Shown: positions 19,501-26,202 of the stretch, piece by piece
Layout of the letters: every line of letters starts with the position of its first letter
How positions within the stretch are numbered: position 1 is the first letter of the stretch
Assembly (NCBI GenBank): GCA_016839705.1
Contig: JAEOTR010000072.1
Coordinates: 1 to 29,926 of the forward strand
From: Promethearchaeota archaeon
GTDB lineage: Archaea > Asgardarchaeota > Lokiarchaeia > Sigyniarchaeales > SOKP01
DNA length: 29,926 nucleotides
Direction: 5' to 3'
Translations under genes and position numbers: made by a program
Notes under the pieces: generated by a model
The model's input: the letters and a program-made list of their open reading frames with translations, nothing else
Told to the model about the DNA's origin: nothing
Databases searched by the model: none

Positions 19501-19718
19501 AAAATGCCCTTAGTCGATGTCCAATTTGCGGTAGATGTAAAATTAGGGTTTTTAATCCACTGCTCTGTGAAAGATTGGGTTGCTGAAAGATGGATTTTTT
19601 CTTGATTTTCAAAGGCAAAAAAAGAGGATTTTTTATTTTTATTACCAATTGGAGTTATTACTGAAAATAATACCGTCAATATGATTAAATAACTAATTAA
19701 CTTTTTTTTTTCTATCAA
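16554..19718 (-). CDS. Large single-pass cell-surface glycoprotein with Ig-like repeats
   Basis: Basic + hydrophobic signal peptide, beta-rich ectodomain with many N-x-S/T sequons, 4-5 ~100-aa repeats, C-terminal TM helix, then YFKYPP.VRK.RK.KK and a ~60-aa basic cytoplasmic tail. Confidence 0.85.
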   Translation of the reverse strand: MIEKKKLISYLIILTVLFSVITPIGNKNKKSSFFAFENQEKIHLSATQSFTEQWIKNPNFTSTANWTSTKGILGDPTDVDASISGGQANFEVLGKKGRKEISDPINIANSGNWTAFNKTEPAINPDTYTIDNNGFYVSHSWHDATADQFASISWRYNVSMDIDMSDYIITSAFINSTMFADVDPNIDTKYDTYARFSPDYQIDQPGIFDHAFFFVEIADLDMKSTYRIAYNQTSDLGKDTAPTFYTIDTKSIEPVGDEEDLIYYLNRVFENDPDHDNFTIIIGIEISCEDDYTGTDFDDWNELRIQSLNLTFTYEKKIDQLTSISWNQDGEKPSDISNNTITVNEALFWFKYKINDTWSSLSPNSEIRILINDIPHSETVKLSTATISPQDAKSGGFDITSLIDEDHNINLSLQVYLADTFELNRTITISIDEVYLNITYTETFADIPSNLELFLNNINKTDDPVIALPLGENLNITIKYIVNQTGAHITNATVQLEGKVSGTLSENITLQQYTLMVNTSQLGIGVKILSVTAQKDVYEQHTIQFFVEITERATEIQLFIDGNQKNDGDTIQLEIDESINVTINYRDNKTKQHVSNATVNLIGIGTLNETNNQYNITINAQDLDQAITVLTIFAQLSNYQTQSILFFVEIIERVTELTLLLNNIPKNDGDTIQVELDDMINVTVFYKDNNTKAYLPNATIILVGRGTFNETGNQYNFTINAQDLDQGISVLKIFAQLMNYQTQSIQFFVEVVERSTELDLFLNSEDKTLDPVYSLTKGQDLNLTIKYTDNQTGQHINTGNVQLIGEGLLLNLTRDDILGQYYTILDTTTLGIGVKLFSIVAQATNYQIKTVDPRITINRIRATINTESGISQITVDVGEDVLLQLVLNDTIFGGTITNATVTYRWAYGQGELVDPDDDSIYEATLLNVQSGVYDITIAAFAGDDYNFESFEITLIVSQPTTQPRADLGWLVFVLIGAILGLVTIFIFYQTYFKYPPLVRKMRKIKKRIKKGRKTKPIMVSKREEISNKNFENQKKILESAIVRLQPDKFKEEEM
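17455..18060 (-). repeat. Tandem 303-bp (101-aa) intragenic duplication
   Basis: TTGTATCACCATCATTTTTT occurs at 17705 and 18008. The protein shows KNDGDTIQ...NQYN.TINAQDLDQ...IFAQL.NYQTQSI.FFVE twice. Confidence 0.9.
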
Positions 19719-20022
19719 TTTATATCACTGTCTAAAGTAAACACTTTTTTGACTTACTATATTCTAATTTTGAGTTTATCTTATTGTATTTTTAAAAATA
19801 AAATATTTTAAAATTAAATCTACTGCTTTAATCAAAGAAGTTATCTTAAAACTCACTAAATTTTAACTCAACGAATACTGGATAATAATGGTAATATAGT
19901 ATATAAAAATCTTTTTTTGTTTTTATCAAGAAAATAGAAGATATGTTATTTAAATGATAAAATATAACGATATTATTTTATGAATTATTTTTTTTCACAA
20001 AGGACTTTTTAATAAACAGTTA

Positions 20023-20169
20023 TCAACTTGTATTCACAATCTTGGTAAAGTAACGACTACAAATAATTATAATTGCACCCTCTTCATTAAGCCTTTTAGC
20101 ACTCGCAAAGACTAAACCTTTACTTGATACCAAAACCAGCGCAACTTTATTTTTTAAACCCATATCCAT
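20023..20169 (-). pseudogene. 5' remnant of an SDR oxidoreductase gene (48 codons)
   Basis: GAGGT RBS, then MDMGLKNKVALVLVSSKGLVFASAKRLNEEGAIIIICSRYFTKIVNTS*. This matches the SDR start MDLGL.GKVALV.ASSKGLG.A.A..L..EGA.V.ICSR, with G-to-V in the nucleotide-binding loop and an early stop. Confidence 0.8.
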
Positions 20170-20553
20170 ATTGAATTACCTCATAGATTTTTATTTTAAA
20201 TCAAAGTTAAGATATATAGAACATTTATAAAAAAATAAATTACACCTCGTACAATTTTCAGACTTAGAACAATTTGTTGAATAGGGACACTTTATGTCAT
20301 ACTTGTCCAATTTAATCATTACTCTGTGTAATCTTTTTTCAATTTCATTATTCATTATTTATTTTCTACACACAGATAATTATACTGATATAATAACTCT
20401 AATTTGATCCTTAAAAAAATATTTTTCCTAAATTTCCTATGACAGATTTTAAAAAGATAATTTTATAAATTCAAATGATTATAATAGTTTTAAAGATTGA
20501 ATGATATTTTATTATATTAAAAATCATACTATAAAAAAAACTAAAAAAGGTGT

Positions 20554-21015
20554 ATGAGTATAAGTATTGACACCAAAAGCTTCGATAATATTCTCAGTAA
20601 AATAATAAAAAGCGAAAGTGGTATTAAAAAGGTAATCTTGGTAGATAGAACAGGATTAACTATTGCAAGTGTTTCGAAGTTTTCCTATTTCCCAGCTGAC
20701 GTTGATGGAATTGGTGCAATTGCCAGCGCGGTTTTTTGTGCATCAGAAGAACAAGGTAAAAATCTGGAACTTGGCAATCTCGAAATTGTTACGTCAGAAT
20801 TTGGAGGTGGTAAAATTTTCGCTTCAAGTTGCGGACCTAAAGGTGTTCTTACACTTATCTCAGATCCTGACATTAACATCGGATTAATAAGACTTATTCT
20901 TAAAAGATCGGGAGATGAACTAAAAGAAATTTTGGACGAGTTTTTAGCTGAATCACCAGAAATCGTAGATAGCGGTTTGGATTTATCAGACCTCGATCAG
21001 CTTACACCTGATTAA
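20554..21015 (+). CDS. Roadblock/LC7 (MglB/LAMTOR-like) domain protein with acidic C-terminal tail
   Basis: VILVDRTGLTIAS, IGAIASAVF.ASE, EFGGGKIF and INIGLIRLILKR form the roadblock pattern. Confidence 0.92.
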   Translation: MSISIDTKSFDNILSKIIKSESGIKKVILVDRTGLTIASVSKFSYFPADVDGIGAIASAVFCASEEQGKNLELGNLEIVTSEFGGGKIFASSCGPKGVLTLISDPDINIGLIRLILKRSGDELKEILDEFLAESPEIVDSGLDLSDLDQLTPD

Positions 21016-21056
21016 GAGAATATTGTGCTAAATTATCACTTTTTTTAATCTCAATT

Positions 21057-21587
21057 TTAATACTTGGTAATTTCATACAAAGTTCTATTACTGAAATTCA
21101 TTTCATTCAAAGAATTGATAAACTTAGTTTGACTTACCCGCTTCCGTGTTAATTTTTCTTTTAAATCTTGTAGGCTCATCATTCTGATTACAGTTTTTTT
21201 AATTTCTTTAAAACCATCAAGATATAACAAGTATAATTTTTTCACCTTGTCTTTAGAGAGTAGAAATTTTACGAGATCCTTTAGATCTTCTACATCATCC
21301 TCTAATATCAAATAATGGTGTCCTTGAAACAGGAGTGCATCGTTTTGACCTTTTATTTCCTCAAACATCTCATAAATGGGACGACATATTTGGCAATCAC
21401 TATACTGAGGCATCTTGTCTCTGCGTGTAAGTTTAAGGTATAAATGATAAGGGTCATCCCTTTGTTCATTATGCTTTTCTTGGAGGTGTGTGAGTATAGA
21501 TTCTCTATCTTTCTCATTCCAAGTACCTTGAGCAAATATTAAAACACAAAAATGCTCATATGCACCGATCTTTTGGTGTCTTGACAT
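21057..21587 (-). CDS. Hypothetical protein (176 aa) with CxxC and several His
   Basis: ATG start with AAGGT upstream; fills the gap between neighbours. No family recognised. Confidence 0.7.
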   Translation of the reverse strand: MSRHQKIGAYEHFCVLIFAQGTWNEKDRESILTHLQEKHNEQRDDPYHLYLKLTRRDKMPQYSDCQICRPIYEMFEEIKGQNDALLFQGHHYLILEDDVEDLKDLVKFLLSKDKVKKLYLLYLDGFKEIKKTVIRMMSLQDLKEKLTRKRVSQTKFINSLNEMNFSNRTLYEITKY

Positions 21588-21706
21588 GTTTTACCTTTTA
21601 ATATAGAGTATAATAATCAAGAAAACATGCTAATTTATATTTTTTACATTGATTTATAATATTTCAGAATTAGTATTCAGTAAAAAGTTGGCTTAAAATT
21701 TTAATA

Positions 21707-22765
21707 CTATAGTAGTTTATTTTTTTTTACAATTTCCTGATAGTGATCTCTTTCCCTTCTTAAAACTTTCAATTCCTTTTTCATTTCAATAATATCATCT
21801 TTGCCTTTATTTGTAACATTGTTTTCTGAAGCAATTTGTTGTTGGATATTCCTTTGTTCCAACTTCAAATTAGTTATGGTTTCTAGATGAGTTTCGCTTT
21901 CACGTTGTGACTTTAAAACCTGAAACTTAAGCTTTTTATTTATCTCATTTAACTTTTCAATTTTTTGATGGAGGTTTTCATTTTCAGTTTTTATCTGTTT
22001 GATTTGTTTCAGCAGTTTTTCAGCGCCTTCTTCAATTTCCTCTTTTTCCTTTAAAATTTTTCTAAGTTTTATAATCTGATCATCCTTCTGCACCACTTCA
22101 CTTTTTTTTTGAGTTGAGGATTGTGTCAACTCTTTGATTTTTATGGTTAGACTAGCATTATATTCATTTAATTCAGCCATTTGGGCAGACCAATTATCCA
22201 TTTTCACGTATAATCCATTTATTTCATCTTTTAGCTCGTCAACATTCCGTAGATGATCTGATCTATCTGAGACTAACAATGAGACTTTTTGGGCAAGATC
22301 GTCAATTCTCGCCTTTTTGGAACTTAGATCTTGAGTTAATTCTAGCATTTGCTGATAATAGGGATCTAGTTCTCCCTTTTTAAGTAAATCAAAACACTTT
22401 ATGAATTGATCATAAAAATCTGGCTCCTCTCTTTTAGGCAACAACTCAAAGGCTATTCTTCTTACTTGGCCTTCAAAAGTTCTTGGGAGAGTATCATCAT
22501 CAGAAAGGAATATCGTTATTGCATGATCAGGCTTTCCAAGAAAACTCCTTTCGGAGTGACCCGTAAAGAAACTTGCTACGCTAACATTACGCTTGATCTG
22601 CATTTCAATATAATTGGGACCCGTTTTTACGGTTTTGTGTTGTTCAAATAAACTTAGTAATCCCGATGTAGAAATTTGTAATTCTTCCGTTATACCCTCT
22701 GGATACTGAACATCAATAGCAGGCTCAGAATTCTCACTTAAAGTTAGAATTACAATTCCTCGCAT
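21707..22765 (-). CDS. Longin/uDENN-like N-terminal domain + ~200-aa coiled coil
   Basis: MRGIVILTLSENSEPAIDVQYP...VASFFTG aligns by eye with the 15426..16553 N-terminus. The C-terminal half is E/K/Q/L heptad-rich. Confidence 0.65.
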   Translation of the reverse strand: MRGIVILTLSENSEPAIDVQYPEGITEELQISTSGLLSLFEQHKTVKTGPNYIEMQIKRNVSVASFFTGHSERSFLGKPDHAITIFLSDDDTLPRTFEGQVRRIAFELLPKREEPDFYDQFIKCFDLLKKGELDPYYQQMLELTQDLSSKKARIDDLAQKVSLLVSDRSDHLRNVDELKDEINGLYVKMDNWSAQMAELNEYNASLTIKIKELTQSSTQKKSEVVQKDDQIIKLRKILKEKEEIEEGAEKLLKQIKQIKTENENLHQKIEKLNEINKKLKFQVLKSQRESETHLETITNLKLEQRNIQQQIASENNVTNKGKDDIIEMKKELKVLRRERDHYQEIVKKNKLL

Positions 22766-22873
22766 GATGCATCCCCAAAAGAACCTTTATAGTATATAAA
22801 TTCTTTTTTTGACTAATTTATATATAGATTATTCTTTAATAAATGTAATAATTCGGTTGATATTTCAAGCTTT

Positions 22874-24421
22874 CTAAGTATAGATATGAGTAAATGTTTC
22901 TACTGTTTTATTAATATCTATCGACAGATAATTTGTTTTAAATAAAGACGCAAAAAATGCTCTATCTTCTGGATCAAAATATCTATAGCCAAATTTCTTC
23001 CATTCTATGTTTGATTGTAATGGGGCGAAGATAGATATGAAATTTTTAACTAAATTCATCAGGAGCATATTTCTCTCTTGTTTGCTTTTACTCGATATGA
23101 CCGTCAATAATACATCATCGTTGAAAGCAGTCCATGTATCTTTAAATTGTAAGCAAAATTGCTTAATATCTATAATATTTCCCACAATCAATTGAGCAAT
23201 TGTGTTTATTGCTGTTTCATAAGTGTTTACCTTATTTTGGTTATATAAGGGATTTGATAGAGTAAGACTCGGAGGACTCTTTAAATCTTTTTGTTGTTGA
23301 GGAACACAATATTCGGGTAATATTCGTAGTTGATTTAATCCAAGAATATTTTTAACATCTCTTAAAGTTCCTCCTGTGTCAAAGAATTGTTTATTGATAA
23401 CATATTTCAGTAATTTTTGTGAATGTACATCCCCAAAATAGGGATAGTCACTAGCGTAAAGGAGATATTCAGACCAAGTTCGATTATCTACTCTTTCTTT
23501 ATTATTTGATTTAAACCATCTTCGAAAACTTTCAAAGAAATTCCCTGCGCCCGCACCATGGAGCATTGAAAGATCCCCATAAGTATTTGGCTGAACAATA
23601 GTATTGTAAACTTCATGATCATCTATATTTCCCTGAGCAAAATGAGCAATAATGACTTTAAAATGAGGTAATAAATCAGGATAACTGGATTTTATTGCAT
23701 TTCTTGTAGATTCGATCAGTTGGCCAATTTGTAGAATTGAGCCTCTTCCTCTTGTATCAAAAATTACAGGCATAGAAAATGACGCTGCTTCTATAAGAAC
23801 TTGAGAAGCTTTTTCTGAGGTAATTTTATCAATCCACCCTTCAGAACGGGGATGCAACTTTAATCCTCGAAGCCCTAACACTTCCCTCATATACCTTACT
23901 TCATTAACAGCTTTCTCTCCTTCCATAGGATCACAACGACCATATCCTATTAATTTCATTGAAAAAGGAAATCGTGTAGTAAAACGTGAAACATTAATAT
24001 TACTTGCCCGATATAGCGCTTCAGGACGTTTATCTCGAAAAACATCTTGAAACGGAAAACACACACCTTGATCTATCATAGAATAAAATTTTGATTTCTC
24101 TTTTAAATCAGAATGTTTTTTTCCAAGCTTCTGTAATGCAATATATAATTTATCTGTAAAAGGATAAGGAGTAAATGACCACGAAATTTTAGTAGTCTTC
24201 CCATCTATATTAGTTGTAAAAGATTGTTCTCCTGTTTTTTCCCAATCTGACTTGATTCTCCCTTGTACATTACCCCAAAAATCAAAAGTTCCCGCGCCTG
24301 GCGCTAATGGATTCATCATTGTAGCACCATCGACGTCTTGACCAATGTGTGAATGAGCATCAATAACAAATATTTTTTCTTCCCATTTTTTTCCATTCTG
24401 TTCTATAGTACACGTGAGCAT
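22874..24421 (-). CDS. Amidohydrolase superfamily (Amidohydro_2-like TIM barrel) with C-terminal extension
   Basis: IDAHSHIG (HxH), GLRGLKLHP, IIAHFAQG, YGDLS and LLYASDYPY. Confidence 0.88.
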   Translation of the reverse strand: MLTCTIEQNGKKWEEKIFVIDAHSHIGQDVDGATMMNPLAPGAGTFDFWGNVQGRIKSDWEKTGEQSFTTNIDGKTTKISWSFTPYPFTDKLYIALQKLGKKHSDLKEKSKFYSMIDQGVCFPFQDVFRDKRPEALYRASNINVSRFTTRFPFSMKLIGYGRCDPMEGEKAVNEVRYMREVLGLRGLKLHPRSEGWIDKITSEKASQVLIEAASFSMPVIFDTRGRGSILQIGQLIESTRNAIKSSYPDLLPHFKVIIAHFAQGNIDDHEVYNTIVQPNTYGDLSMLHGAGAGNFFESFRRWFKSNNKERVDNRTWSEYLLYASDYPYFGDVHSQKLLKYVINKQFFDTGGTLRDVKNILGLNQLRILPEYCVPQQQKDLKSPPSLTLSNPLYNQNKVNTYETAINTIAQLIVGNIIDIKQFCLQFKDTWTAFNDDVLLTVISSKSKQERNMLLMNLVKNFISIFAPLQSNIEWKKFGYRYFDPEDRAFFASLFKTNYLSIDINKTVETFTHIYT

Positions 24422-24448
24422 AACATATCCTCAAAATTATTTTGTTTT

Positions 24449-26119
24449 TTATTCCCTCATTTCCTTTGGAAGAGTTAAAACTCCGGTTAGTGGATTATTT
24501 AGAGGGTCTTGGCAATATTGAATTGTAAAATATATTAAATCATATAATATACTTGGATTTTCCCCATTATCCAATTTATACTGGTACAAACTTAATTGAT
24601 ATTCCGCTTCTGTTATAGGTGGTTCTGCATAAGAAACACTCCCAAATACAGATTGTAATATAGGCTTCATAAACGGTGAATATAGAAAACCTAATTCTTT
24701 TAATTCATCTTTTAAATATATAAACATGCGTTGCACTGCTTGAGTCATGTAACGCACTGGTTGGTTTTCTGGACCAAGATATTGTTCTGCGAAGCTAGGA
24801 TCATATTGTGCTAGTTTGTCACGACTAAGATTGGGAGCAACTCTAAATAAAGAAATTAGACCACGTTCTATTGCTCCTTGTCGATTCATTGTAATTGTTT
24901 CTGAGCCTACATCAGGTACCCAAACACCTTTCTGAAGCAGCTTTTTAGCTTTATAACAGAGGGCTTCAATCAAAAGTGCGATCCCAATTCTACGACATAT
25001 AGAAATTTGAGCATCGCTAATTCTAATCTCTATGGTTCCCCAATCTGTTACAGGGAAGATGTCTTGAAACCTTGCGTCTTCTAAGCTTGCCTTTTGAACT
25101 GTATTGAGTAGAAAATTGATAGAGTTTTCACTAAGATCAATTAAATAAGGAATAAAATGATTCGGATCATTATTGCTCAGCATAGTAGTGTTACTCTTCA
25201 ATCTTAAAGACCGGACGCAGTTAGGTGCTGTAATTCGTTTATTAATGATCTTTACGACATCTGTCGGTTGATTATTTATAATAGGTGAGTTGCATGTAAG
25301 AGCAATGATATGTGGAATAAAATTACGTATCATACAATAACTCTGTACTCTTTCCAGATCTGATTCAAAAGAACCAATATGACTATGATCCGCTTGGGAT
25401 ACTCCGCGCATGTATTCCCTCGTCGCAGGATTAATCGCTGAGGCGATGATATGCAGATCTTTTGGTAATGTAGCTTTAGCTAATAAAAATAGAGTACTAG
25501 CCCAGTATGCTAGTTCTTCAACGTAAACACAGGGGGGAGTTACGAGCTCCAAAATATAAGTAATGGCTGTTACATTTCCATCTCGTGCAAAAGTGTCAAT
25601 ATCTACAGAGGAGTTTCCTAAAGCATAGCGTATATCCATAGCATAGCCCTTTTCGAGATCATCCCGACCCCAAGGCCTAGCCAAGACTTTTTGTCTTATA
25701 TAGTCTGGTACAGGAGGAAAATCAGTTCTACCTTCATACAACATCTCATCCATAATTTTAATCGCATCCTTGACAATTTCCTTCATTCGGTAAACCATTT
25801 CTTCGCCAGGTGGATAGTCTCCATTATCATCTGCGATGATTAGCTCCATTTCAATACCATGGGTATAAGGTAAGGGTGTCCAATGTTCAACATCAACTAA
25901 CATATCCGCCCATGGTCTTTCTGGTATGAATACTTCCCTATAATCTGTTCCCAGAAAGAGTTTATCTCCAGATCTATCAACACTTTGTCCCAATGAAACA
26001 CCTGTGGGAGTAGTAGCTTTAGCTTTTTTTGTTTTTGTAATTAATTGAGAAAAAGCGTCGCTTTGTTCTTTCTTCTTCTCTTTTTTCTTCTTTTCTTTCT
26101 TTTTCTTATCTTTTGCCAT
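24449..26119 (-). CDS. GCS2/YbdK-like carboxylate-amine ligase (glutamate-cysteine ligase family 2 fold)
   Basis: THGIEMELII (GxExE), LELVTPPC, HSHIG (HxH), ALTCNSP and FQDIFP...WGTIEIRISDAQ (T.E.R..D). Confidence 0.85.
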   Translation of the reverse strand: MAKDKKKKEKKKKEKKKEQSDAFSQLITKTKKAKATTPTGVSLGQSVDRSGDKLFLGTDYREVFIPERPWADMLVDVEHWTPLPYTHGIEMELIIADDNGDYPPGEEMVYRMKEIVKDAIKIMDEMLYEGRTDFPPVPDYIRQKVLARPWGRDDLEKGYAMDIRYALGNSSVDIDTFARDGNVTAITYILELVTPPCVYVEELAYWASTLFLLAKATLPKDLHIIASAINPATREYMRGVSQADHSHIGSFESDLERVQSYCMIRNFIPHIIALTCNSPIINNQPTDVVKIINKRITAPNCVRSLRLKSNTTMLSNNDPNHFIPYLIDLSENSINFLLNTVQKASLEDARFQDIFPVTDWGTIEIRISDAQISICRRIGIALLIEALCYKAKKLLQKGVWVPDVGSETITMNRQGAIERGLISLFRVAPNLSRDKLAQYDPSFAEQYLGPENQPVRYMTQAVQRMFIYLKDELKELGFLYSPFMKPILQSVFGSVSYAEPPITEAEYQLSLYQYKLDNGENPSILYDLIYFTIQYCQDPLNNPLTGVLTLPKEMRE

Positions 26120-26202
26120 ATAACCCTTACTCTGTATTTTTCATTTTTCTATTATTAAAATAATTGCCATCTGTTTTATCATTTTGAATGTCCTACTTTT
26201 TC

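Noticed and set aside
24449-26119. Calling the ligase gshA or pafA
   Set aside because: The motifs support only the fold. No Pup-like ORF ending GGE/GGQ, proteasome genes or glutathione synthetase was seen in the window.
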